Under the pieces are notes generated by a model. That model was given only the letters and a program-made list of their open reading frames with translations. It was not told the DNA's origin and made no database searches. DNA of 64,000 nucleotides from Chiloscyllium plagiosum (Eukaryota), in the NCBI RefSeq assembly GCF_004010195.1, contig NC_057718.1, positions 62,092,981 to 62,156,980 on the forward strand, given 5' to 3'. Positions 1-11,569 of this stretch are shown piece by piece. Both the position numbers and the translations under genes were made by a program. Positions within the stretch are counted from its first letter, which is position 1; every line of letters starts with the position of its first letter.

Positions 1-593
1 TTTACACAATCACACATTACGTCTGTTTAAAGTTGTGTTCAATTCATTACTTTGTTTATTTTCATGTTTGGCATTTAACATGGCAAGAATTCATAAAGTT
101 AATTAAAATGCAGCAAATTTTCTCTTCAACTTTCTGGAAATATCTTTCTGCTAACTGAACCAATCAAAACTGTAACAAAGAAAGATGTAATTCAAGTCAT
201 TGTTGTCGCACCAGCTAAGAAAGGAAAAGAACTGGCTGACTGTTCTAATCTGAGCTTCTAGCACTTAGTCCATAGCCTTATAGATTACAGCATTTCAGGT
301 GCAGAGTCAGGTACCTTTTAAACAAGTTGAATATTTCTAATTCAATCACTAAACTGGGTAGCAAATTTCAAACACACTGTGTTAAGATTTTACTTCATGA
401 CATTTCCTAACCCCTTGACCATTTTAAATCTGTGTTCCTTGGTAAATGACCTCTCCACGCAGTGAAACAGATCTCTCCTGTCTCCTCTAACTAGGTCCCT
501 CACAATTTTGTACCCCTCAATTTCCTGTTCCAAGGCATTCCAATCTTTCCTTGTAGCTGCAATTTTCACACTAGCTCCCCAGCAATTAAAGGT

Positions 594-775
594 AAAGTCA
601 CCAGAGGACAATAAGACAATGATGAGTTTAACATGAGGATCACCACATCCCAGCAAGGGTTAAGGTTGAGAAGGCTGGACCTTCATGGTAACCTCAGCCA
701 GTACAAGAACTGAACATGTGCTTTTGGTGACATCTGGATCATAAACCAGCTCTTCAACCATTGTGCTCTACCTCT
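594..775 (-). mobile_element. tRNA-derived SINE, family unassigned (related copy at 27796-27980)
   Basis: Dispersed similarity to 27796-27980 (aaagtc.cca...gtttaac.tgagg.tcaccac...); degenerate tRNA-like head on the minus strand. Confidence 0.55.
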
Positions 776-874
776 AACACAGTGCAGAACTGTACACAGA
801 ACTACAGCTGTGATCTAACCAGTGATTATATAATTCCATCATTTCATCCTATTTTTGTATTCTGTACTTTGTCA

Positions 875-1071
875 AGTTGACAACCGGAAGCAGCAGATTC
901 AAACCACTATAAATGCCGGAGAAAAGATCACAGAAGCGCTTCACAGGAGGCTCCCAAGCACTGAGGATGTCACCTAGACAAGGGACGAAACGTCTGCAAC
1001 ACAAATTCCCAGCTCGGCGAACAGAACCACGACAACGAGCACCCGAGCTACAAATCTTCGCACAAACTTTG
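875..1071 (+). mobile_element. Penelope-like element 3' end / pLTR (family A) with hammerhead motif
   Basis: Close similarity to 42975-43128 and 58714-58846, where it follows a GIY-YIG C-terminal coding region. Confidence 0.85.
958..997 (+). ncRNA. Minimal type I hammerhead ribozyme motif (intact core)
   Basis: GCA-CTGAGGA-t-GTC..GAC-GAAA-CGTC-TGC: stem I GCA/TGC, stem II GTC/GAC, palindromic ACGT in place of stem III, GUC cleavage triplet. Confidence 0.75.
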
Positions 1072-2729
1072 ATCATCCCATTTATTGTGTATTCATTGCT
1101 TTGTTTACCCTCTCCACGCACATTTCCTCACACTTCTCCAAATTTCACTATTAATCACTTTTTCACCCATTCAACCAAACCACTGAGTGACATCATTCTG
1201 AAGTTGATAGTTATCCTCTTCAGTATCAACTTCATGACCAGTTTTTGTCAATTTTCCAATCATGCTTCTTGCATTTAACTACAAATGATTAATATATCCA
1301 ACAATCAGCACGGGTCCCAACACTGAGCTCTGTGGAAAATCAGTGGAATAACAAAAGTAGGAACTGGAGCAATTCTGCAGGTTGGCAGCATCTGTGGAGA
1401 GAAAAACAGAGTTAACAATTCGAGTTGAATAACTTCTTCAGAACAGCACTGCAAACTGCCTTCCAGTTGCAGAAACATCTATTGACTCTTCCCTGTATTT
1501 TCTGTCTCTGAGTAAATTTTCAATTCACATTCGCCTTTATCTAATGGACTTTTAATTTTCTGACCAGTCTGCTTTTTGAACCTAGTCAAATGCCTTATTA
1601 AAATCCATGTGGACAATATCCACTACATTAACCAAATCAATCATTCTTGTATTTCCTCAGAAAATTCAATTAGGTTAGTAAGAACAACACTGACTATCCC
1701 TGATACACCATGCTAAGAGTTTATCTCATATCTCAGAATTTTCTCACCACCAAAATCAAACTTGACTGGCTTATAATTATTTGGCTTATCCTCTGCATCC
1801 TTTTTAAATAGTGGTACATGTTCATAGGCCTCCAATCCTCTGGTATTTTAACAGCGCCTAGTGCCGACTGGAAATGATATTCAGAGTATCTGGTATTTCC
1901 ATTGTGGCTTCCTTTAACAGTCTGGGATACAAACCAACTGGCCCGAGTGATTCATTCACCTCAAAGGATATGAGGTCCTCTAATACGTTTCCTCACATTG
2001 TGTTTATTATTTGTGATACTAAACACTCCTCCTCATCTTTAGCTTTACATCAGCCCTCTCTCTTGTGAAGACAGAAACAAAGTAGTCATTAAGAACCTTG
2101 CCTACATCATCTGCATCATGTATTTGTTGCCTTGTACATTTCTGGTGGACCTTACTCTTTCCTTGATTATCTCCTTATTCTTAATGTGGTTTTCCTTAAC
2201 TTTACAGCCCATTTTTTTTTTCATATTCTCTCTTTGCTTTCCTAATTTCCGATATTACTTCACTGCTGCACTTTCTATGCTTCTCTATGATTTCCACAGT
2301 AACTTTTTTCTTTGTGACTGTCATAAACTTTCTTGATCTGTTTTCTTATTTATTCTTTTGTTCCTGCTTCTAGATAATCGGGGGCTTTAAATATGTATGA
2401 CATGTTACATGTTTGACATGTACAAGGTGACGGCAGAATCTTGTTTTGAAAGACTCCCACTGATTTATCCCTTATCTTCCTTCAAATAGCTGTATCTAGC
2501 CCATTTTGCCAGATCATTTCTCAGCTTTGTAAAACTTATATCCCCCAATTTAGGATTCTTGCTCCTGTTCTATCTTTGTTCTTTTCCATAATGATGCTGT
2601 ATTGGGGTCACTGTCTCACACACTGCTACTTCATCCACTTGCCCAGCTTCCATTCCTAAACTAAATCTGGAAATGCATGCCCTTTCATTGGGCCTGTTAC
2701 ATGCTGACTAAATAAATTATCTTGAAGGT

Positions 2730-3690
2730 AGAGTCGAAGAGATGTGTAGCAAGGAATCAGACCCTTTCGTCCAACTTGCCCATGCTGACCAAGTATCCTA
2801 AGTAAATATAGTTCTATTTGCCAGCATTTGGCCATATCCCTCTAAACCCTTCCTGTTCATATACCCATCCAGATGCCTTTTAAATGTTGTAATTGTACCA
2901 GCTTCCACCACTTCCTACGGCAGCTCATTCCATACACACACCATCCTTTGCATGAAAATGCTGCCTCTTACATGCCCTTTAAATCTTTCCCTTCACACCT
3001 TAAACCCTGAGGAAAAGACTGTGTCTATTTACCCAATTCATGCCCCTCATGATTTTATAAAACTCTTTAAGATCACCCCTCAGCCTCCAACACTCCATGG
3101 TGGATAGCCCAACCTACTCAGTCTCTCCCTATAACTCAAACCCTCTAATGCTGGCAATATCCTGGTAAAGATTTTCTGAATCCTTTCAAGTTTTGCAACA
3201 TCCTTCCTATAGCAGGGAGACCAGAATTACACACAGTACTCCAAAGTAGCCTAACCAATGTCCTGTATAGCTACAACATGACATCCCAACTCCTATACTC
3301 AATGCATGGTTCCATAAAGGCAAGTATACCAAATGCCTTCTTCACTATCCTGTCTACCTGTGAGGAGAAAGTGAGGTCTGCAGATGTTGGAGATCCTGTC
3401 TACCTGTGACTCTACTTTCAAGGCACTATGAATCTGCACTCCAAGGTCTCTTTGTCCAGCAACACTCCCCAGGACCTTACAATTAAGTGTATAAGTCCTG
3501 CTCTGATTTGCCTTTCCAAAATTCAGCACCTCATATTTATCTAAATTAAAGTCTATCAACCACTCCTCAGCCCACTGGCCATTGTACTCTGAGGGAACCT
3601 TCTTCGCTGTCCATGACAACTCCAATTTTGGTGGCATCTGCAAACTTACCGACATACCTCCTATGTTCACATCCAATTATATAAATGATG
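2730..3690 (-). mobile_element. CR1 (HER1-like) LINE, 5'-truncated, younger
   Basis: ORF 3299-3676 (QWAEEWLIDFNLDKYEVLNFGK...RDLGVQIHSALKVESQVDR); 3' tail shared with the other CR1 copies. Confidence 0.9.
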
Positions 3691-5094
3691 AAAAGTAGTT
3701 CAAGACTTGTATTTCTTCTGTGACTTTCATAACCTTTCTAAGTTGGTATTAGCAGAGTTGAATTATTATTATACTTACTTTTCCACTCAAAAATTTGTCT
3801 TTGTATTTGCTCTTCCATCTCTCTCCCACAATTTTGGGGTCCGTAGTACATGTTTAACAGAGAGGCTGCCCTTTTTTTTAAATTTCAGAGCGCAACTCAT
3901 TTGGCCCAGTTTGATTATAATTTAATACATCAGTTCTTCTTGCTGTTGTAATTGACTCATTAACCAATAATGCTACATTCCCATTTTATTTGATCCTTCC
4001 TCTCTATCCTGCTTGAAAATGTATATCCAGGGTGTTAAGCAACCATTTTTTTGTTTTTTTTAAGGCACTTTTCCATTATAGCAATATCAGGATGCCTTGT
4101 GTGTCCTCAGATGATCAGATTTGTTATACTCCCTGATTTACATGTATACCTTTTAATACTGCCATATTCCTGTACTATACAATTTTTAATCTTTGCCTAT
4201 TCTGTCTTTCAGAGTCACTTGTTAATTTTCTACGTCCAGTTCCCTGCTCTGTATTTGTTCTATCTGAATCTGAATAGCAACTCGCCCTGCAAGGTCCTGG
4301 GCTTTAGCTGTTGTGGCATCATGAACTTTGCTCTAACTGCATTCCTCCAAGGAACTAACACTCACGGTTGTATCCAAAACAGAGAACCAATCGGCAAGTG
4401 TGACCTCAGGGAATTCCTGGACGATCTGGCTGTCACCCACTTCCTTTCTGTCTCATGTTCTTAAACTGCGATGCAATCACTTCTCTGTACATACTCAGCT
4501 GAAACCCAAAATTCAAGTTTCTGTAGTTGCAATCACTGCCTACAAAGATGGTCATCTAGGTCACTGATGACATTTATGTCTTTGAACATATTACAGCATA
4601 TGATTTCCACATTTTTAATTTTTATATTTTATCCAAATTTAAATGCTTCAATACATACATGGCACCATTCCTTATCTAAGATAACAGATAATTTTTGCTC
4701 AAAGGCTTTAATCAATATTGTTCAATGATGAGCCACTAAAATACAAACATGTCTGTTCAGGTATGACTAAACTGACCAATCATCACAACAGTAACCTTTC
4801 CATGAAATAATTTATTATCTGGTCCTTCCAAAGTTGGTACGTTTCTTGGAACTCCCATACTTGAAGGGTTTCTTGATTATTAATAAAAGCAGAGTTATTC
4901 CTTCCAACGAAAGGCACAGATTATTTTTAATATTACTTTTTGGGGATGAGTGTTACTGATAAGACCAGTGCTTACTGCCATGAGACACAGTGACATACCC
5001 TCTTGGACCGCTGCAGTACGCAGAACTCCCACAGTAGTCCTTGGAAAGGCCCAAAATAAACCAGAAAAACCATGAAACAAAAACTGAACATCTT

Positions 5095-5215
5095 TAGAAC
5101 TGGAAGTGTCACCGGACCCGAAACGTTAACTCTGATTTCTCTCCACAGATGCTGCCAGACTTTGAGATTTTCCACCAATTTCTGTTTTTGTATCAGATTT
5201 CCAGCATCCACAGTT
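5095..5215 (+). mobile_element. Penelope-like tail (family C) with degenerate hammerhead
   Basis: GTGTC-ACCG-GACCC-GAAA-CGTT-AACT followed by ...tctccacagatgctgccagac; related copies at 1355-1445, 17360-17530, 19980-20360, 25385-25490, 28660-28860 and 59170-59330. Confidence 0.65.
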
Positions 5216-5269
5216 CTTATGGATCTTTTTTGCCCAGTAAAACCATATCTTGCTGGGGCTGAGCAGCAT

Positions 5270-5935
5270 CTTTTGGGTATTTTTCTCTTCTTGAACAATG
5301 ATCCCACCACTGAACATCAAGACTTTGCTTCTAGGCCTGTCACTGACGTTAGCTCTTGGGGTTGTCCTATTCAGGATTGATTCCACGACTCTTTTTCCAG
5401 TTATAATTAAAAGTTGCTTCCTGCTCATGTCCAGAACTGGAAAAATTAATCAATGCCTTTTGAACTTTAATCTACTCTCAACTTCACCTAGTCCATCTGA
5501 CTTTTCCCTTCCTTTCCTTGATTTCTCTTCCACAGATAGCTAGCTCCTAACATCCATTATAAATTCATTGATTGCTAAAATTATCTGGACCACACTTCCT
5601 CATTCTCTGTTCCTATAAAGGATTCTGTTCAATTCTCCCAATATCTCTGGTCCTAATGCATCTGTTTTGATTATTATGATACCTTCTGCAATAGTGCTTT
5701 CAAAATGTCTTCCTTTATGTTCACTCAAGGATTTCCTAACTTTGCAGTGGGCAAAGTGTTGAACTATGCCCAACCCATTTTCTGCACTTCAGGCTTTAAC
5801 ACTTCTGCTAACTCCTAGAATCACAACTCAGTTCCCCTTGTCCTCACTTTCCACCTCACCAGCCTCCATATTCAAAGGATCATCTCCATTATTTCCACCA
5901 CCTCTAACCTGATGCTGCCACCAAACAAATCTTCA
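5270..5935 (+). mobile_element. Degenerate Penelope-like RT/linker fragment
   Basis: Broken translation resembling DIHYK..D...YLD..SS....KDS..FSQ, typical of the Penelope-like post-RT region. Confidence 0.55.
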
Positions 5936-6689
5936 ATATGGATTTTCAGCATTGACTTTATTGAGTATTAGCTGGCATCGCAACATAATTTAGCTCACTA
6001 CATACATCAGACAATGTCTTATTAAATTTGAAGTCTTGAAATTACAATAAACAACATTGGTGGGAAAGAGAAAGATGTTCTTAAAGCTGTTTTGTCTTGC
6101 ACTCATCAGACAGACACAAGAATGTCAAAATTCAAAAGAAACAACAACTTATGGAATGAGAATGTTGTACTGATTGATTGGCAGTCAGGCCTGAGATGTT
6201 GCTATGTGTAATACATCAGAGAAGTATTGTCCTTCAAGCTTTAGTTAATTTGAGATTGAGCTTCCTGCGTATGAACATGTGCAGTTTGCTCGTGTATCTG
6301 ATGGGAATTTAAATTAATTTGGCTGGAGGACGAGATACAGAGTAGAGGTAGGGGATGAGGTATAATAGAAGATCCAAGTATATTTAGAAGGCTACATAGT
6401 CACCTTCTGATGTGGTCTAGAAATAAATGTTCTGAGTTAGGGAAACATTGATTTTCATAAGATAAGACTGACTAAAGTGGACTGGGAGCAGCTACTTGCA
6501 GGAAAATCCCCATCAGATCAGAGGGAGTCATTTAAAACTGAGACTGCATGGTCTACATGCTCTTATCAAAGTGAAGGGTAGGATAAACAAGTCCAGAGAA
6601 CGCTGGATGTCAAGCGACATACAGGATTGGTTAAAAAAACAAAAACAAGTCAGTCTACCATCAAGAAGGCAAAGGTCAGGAGTGTGTTA

Positions 6690-8655
6690 AAAAAATCCCC
6701 ACTTGCCTGGATGCGTGCAGCTCCAATAACACTCAAGAAGCTTGACACCATCCAGGATAGACATCTCATCCACTCTTTCTACCACCAATATTCAGTAGCA
6801 GCAGCATATACCATCTTCAAGATATGCTGCGAAAATTCCCAAGGCTCCTTAAGCAGCACCTTCCAAACTCTCAAACACTTCCACCTAAAAGGGCAAGGAC
6901 AGCAGATACATGGAAACACCAATATCTGCAAATTCTCCTCCAAGCCGTTCAGGGTCCTGATCTGGAAATATATTGCTATTCCCAGTCAGATCTGGAGTCA
7001 GGCAGGGCTGCCCTCTCTCTCCTGCCTTGTTTGTGTGCTGCATAGAGACATTTGCCATGTCCATCAGGAAGGATGCGAGCCTGAGAGGGGTGACAATTCC
7101 TGGCAGCGGGGGCGTGCAAGTTAAGGCCTCCCTGTACATGGATGACGTCGCCGTTTTCTGCTTGGATCCACTGTCCGTGCGCAGACTCATGTGCATATCT
7201 GACCAGTTCGAACGGGCCTCGGGGGCCAAGGTAAACCGCGGCAAGAGCGAGGCCATGCTCTTCGCCGACCAATCCTCTAACTCCTTCACTGTCAGGACCG
7301 ACCACCTGAAGGTGCTGGGTATTTGGTTTGGGGGGGCTGGGGCTTGCGCCAAGTCTTGGGAGGAGCGTATCAGCAAAGTGAGGCATAAACTGGGCAGATG
7401 GAAGCTACGGTCGCTCTCCATCGCGGGAAAAAACCTGGTCATCCGTTGTGAGGCACTGTCATTGCTATTATATGTGGCACAGGTCTGGCCTATTCCCAGA
7501 ACCTGTGCTGCTGCAGTCACCCGGGCCATGTTCCAGTTTATATGGAGGTCAAAGATGGACCGGGTCCGAAGGGATTCGCTGTACAAAGATCTGGGCAACG
7601 GGGGAAAAAATACACCCAATGCCACCCTCACCCTGATGGCCACCTTTGTGTGTGGCTGCATTAAGCTGTGCGTGGATCCCCGGTACGCAAACACCAAGTG
7701 TCACACGTACTGAGGAGCAGACTGTCAAAGCCATTTGGCAGAATGCCTCATCGCCAGAACTTTCCAACAAGCATCAAGACATGGCTTGGCTGGTGGTGAA
7801 AAGGGCTCTGCCTGGGAGATCCTTTATGCATGCCCGGACTCTCAGCCGCCTCGCATGCTGCCCTCGAAGCGGCTGCGGGGGGGGGGACACGAGACTGTCA
7901 CACACCTCCTTCTGGAATGTGCCTACGCAGAAGTCTGGAGAGGAATGCAGTGGTGTTTGTCGAAGTTCGTCCCGAGTACCGCAGTGACGCAGTACTCCAT
8001 GCTCGATGGTCTGTTCCCCGGGACGTACACCGAGACAAACATCAACTGTGCCTGGAGGATCATCAACTCAGTGAAGGACGCTCTCTGGGCAGTCCGAAAC
8101 CTGTTGATCTTCCAGCTGAAGGAGTTGACCCCGACTGAGTGTTGCAGACGAGCACATTCCAAGGTTCAGGACTACGTGTTGAGGGATGCGCTGAAGCTTG
8201 GGGCAGCTGCCGCCAAGGCGCAGTGGGGAAAGACCACCTTGTAATGACTGCCTGCCTGCCTAAAGAAGAACAGGGGGTCCACGAAGTCATTTGGGCTCTG
8301 CTGACGCCTCAGCTAAAAATGTAATCGTACAGACCTGTAAATAGGAACGGTTACTCTGTTTCGGTATGCAAACAAATGGAATGTTTACATATGTATGGCA
8401 TGTCCAACTGTACAGACCATCAAATTATTTTATGAATAAAGCATATTTTTGAAATTAAAAAAAATTGCTGTTCCCTCAGTATCACTTGGTCAAATTTCTT
8501 TAAATCCTTTTGTAATTCCATTGTGGATCTACCTACAACAAATAGACAGCAGAATTTTAAGGCAGCAGCTTACCACGATCTTCTCAAAGGCAGCTAGGAA
8601 TGGGCGATAAATGCTGGCCCAGCTAGTAACAATCACATCCTATCAATGAATAAAA
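6690..8655 (+). mobile_element. 3' end of a non-LTR retrotransposon (CR1/L2 group), split by the Tx1 insertion
   Basis: SPLAWMRAAPITLKKLDTIQD C-terminal RT-like peptide; resumes at 8464 and ends with aatgaataaaa near 8655. Confidence 0.6.
6984..8463 (+). mobile_element. Tx1/L1-clade LINE, 5'-truncated (RT C-half plus zinc finger, 3' UTR, A tail), with TSD
   Basis: GVRQGCPLSP..YMDD RT motifs and ETVTHLLLEC zinc knuckle; AATAAA 8435-8440; A tail 8457-8463; TSD ATTGCT(A/G)TTCCC at 6972-6983 and 8464-8475. Confidence 0.92.
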
Positions 8656-8659
8656 CCAA

Positions 8660-11462
8660 AAGACACAAGGGAGCATGGGAAGGTTAGACAGCATTTATTT
8701 TAATGCAAGGAGTCTTGCAAAAATGACAGATGAATTGAGGATGCTCCTTAACACAATGAGACATGAAGAAATTGCTATCATGGAAATATGGTTGGGGGAA
8801 GGGACAGGACTGGCAACTCAATACTCTGGGAGATAGAACCTTCAGGAGAGATGGAGTCACAATAGAACAGAGAGGGATGGCAACTTAAAAGGTCCCTCAA
8901 ATGTGGTCTTGTGGGTATTAATTTTAGAAAAAGGGCATTTTGCACTATAGTCTCCCAAACATTCAGGGAAAGATAGAAAAATATGTGAGCAAATCTCAGA
9001 TGTATAAAAGTAATAATGGAATAATGTTAGAGTATTCAACCTACCAATGTCAACTAATACAAAATGTGAAAGGCTTGGGGGGTGGGGGGACAGATTTCTT
9101 GAAATGTGTCCAGGAGAACACTTTAAGTTAGCATATAGAAAGCTCTACAAGAAAGGGGTTGGTGCTTGACCCAATTTTAGGGAATAAAACCGGGCAAGTT
9201 GAAGCATTTTGGTGATAGTGACCATAATTCAGTCGGATTTAGGTACTTATGGGGCAAGATACAGATAGTCCAGAAATAAATGTTCTGAGTTCGGGAAAAT
9301 TGACTTTCACAAGATAAGACTGACTAAAGTGGACTGGGAGCAGCTACTTACAGGAAAATCCCCATCAGACCAGTGGGAGTCATTTAAAACTGAGACTGCA
9401 TGGTCTACATGCTCCTATAAAGGTGAAGGGTAGGATAAGCAAGTCCAGAGAACCCTGGATGTCAAGCGACATACAGGATTGAATAAGAAAACAAAAAGAA
9501 AGCTAATGGTAAATACCATGGGCTCAAAACAACAGGTGTCAAAAGAGGTGTATAGAAAGTAGCACTTGTTAAAAATTTGGAAATCAGAGGGGACATGACA
9601 AAACACTGGCAGGCAATATTAAGGAAAATCAAAAATGTTTTATGCCCACATGAGGGACAAGAGGGATAACCAGGGGAAGAATAGGGGCTATTAGGGACCT
9701 AACTGGCAATCTGTACAAGGTGCCAAAGGTCATACCTTAGGTTTCAAATGAACATTTGCATCTGTATTCACGGAAGAGAAAGACGGTGTCAGTATAGAAA
9801 TCAGGGTGAGGGAATATGATATTCTTGAACAAATTAGCACTCAGGAGGAGTAGGTACTAGCAATTTTAGCAGGTCTGAAAGTGGATGAACGTCCAGGTAT
9901 TTTTGTGATTGGAAACCTGCAATCAGTGGTATACCACAGGAATCAGTGCTGGGGCCTTGGCTATTTGCAGTGTACATTAACGATCTAGATATGAATATAG
10001 AAGGTATAATCAGTAAGTTCACAAATGACATGAAAAATTGGTGGTGCAGTAAAAAGTGACGAGGAAAAGTCTTCAACTACAGAACAATATAATTACAATA
10101 TAAAAACAGGGATGTACCTCTGAGGCTTTATAAGGCTCTGGTCAGACCACATTTAGAGTATTGAGAGCAATTTTAGGCACCATACCTCAGTCAAGATGTA
10201 TTGGCCCTGGAGTGGGTCCAGAGGAGGTTCACAAGAATGATCCCAGGAATAAAAGACTTAACATATGAAGAATGTTTGAGGAATTTGGGACTATACGCGA
10301 TGGAGTTTGGAAGGATGAGAGGGGATCTGATTTGAAACTAACAGAATACTGAATGGCCTGGATGTGGGAAGATAGTTCTATCAGCAGGAGAGACAAAGAC
10401 CCAGCGGCACATTCTTACAGTAAAGGGAAGACCTTTAGAACAGAGATAAGAAGAAACTTCTTTATTCAGAGTGTGGTGAATCAGTGGAATTCATTGCCAC
10501 AAAGCCGTGGAGGCCAGGTCATTAAGTACATTTTAAACACAGATATAGATAAGTTCTTGATTGCCAAGGAGATCAAAGATTACAGGGAGAAAATATAATG
10601 GGGTTGAAAAACCTATCAGCCATGATTGAATGGCAGAGCAGAATCGATGGGCCATATGGCCTAATTTCTGCTCCCATGTCTGATGGCCTTAATACAGAGA
10701 GAGTAGTCATATGAGATGAACAGTAGCAAAAGGAATTTAATCCTAAAAGGTGAGAGGTGATTCATTTCAGGAGTAATAACAAGACGAGGGAATACACATT
10801 GAATGGTAGGAATCCTAGGAAATTCAGAAGATTAGAGGAACCTCACTGTGCATTACCATTGATCTTGAAGGCAGCAGGACAGGTAGATAAGGTGGTCAAG
10901 AGGTTTTTGGAATATTTACCTTTATTAGTCAAGGCACTGAATGCGAGAGCAAGTAAATCATGATAGAGTTGCAAACAACTTTAGTTAGGCCACAGCTAAA
11001 GTACTGTGTCCAATCTGATCTCCACACAATAGGAAAAATGCATTGGAAGAGGTGCAGTGGAGATTCACCAGGATGTTGCCTGGGCTGAAACAAGTCAGAT
11101 TGGCTGAGGTTATTTTCCTTAGAGCAGAGAATGCTTAAGGGGGAACTAATTGAGGTTTACAAAGTAATGAAGAGCATAGATAAGGTAGATAAGGAGAAAC
11201 CTTTTCCCCATGGTTGGAACGTCAATAAAGAAAGCAAAATTTTAAGGTAAGGAGCAGAAATTGACAAGGGATTTGAGCAAACTTATTTTCACCCACAGGG
11301 TGGTGGGTCTGCGGAACTCATTGCCTAAAGGGTGGTAGAGGCAGGAATCATCAAGACATTTAAGAGGTTTTGAGATGGATTGGAATAGATAAACGCTTGA
11401 TCACAGATCAGACATTATGGGCTGAAGAGTCTTTCACCATGCTGTAAAAATTCTATGACTCT
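8660..11462 (+). mobile_element. Degenerate CR1 LINE ORF2 (EN-RT) with a nested CR1 3' fragment (about 10100-10690)
   Basis: YFNARSL endonuclease start near 8695; SGIPQESVLGP RT motif near 9925; CR1-type 3' tails. Confidence 0.75.
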
Positions 11463-11569
11463 AAGTGTGAGTGAGCCACATTGCAAGCCCTACTGATTTG
11501 TAACTATTGTGAAATTCTTCGGCTGCATCTCCTGGTAACACCAAAATCCATACGTTGAAGGTTTTGTGC

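Larger units (their letters stand above)
240..2725 (-). mobile_element. Old, degenerate CR1-type LINE (3' part, RT/EN remnants) with nested insertions
   Basis: Reverse-strand remnants of CR1 ORF2 motifs (DVVYMDFxKAFD-like around 1580-1630; YKIVRDL..DR..LF in ORF 390-656). Confidence 0.7.

Noticed and set aside
6885..7697. 270-aa minus-strand ORF
   Set aside because: Antisense shadow of the GC-rich Tx1 RT ORF, with no recognisable domain
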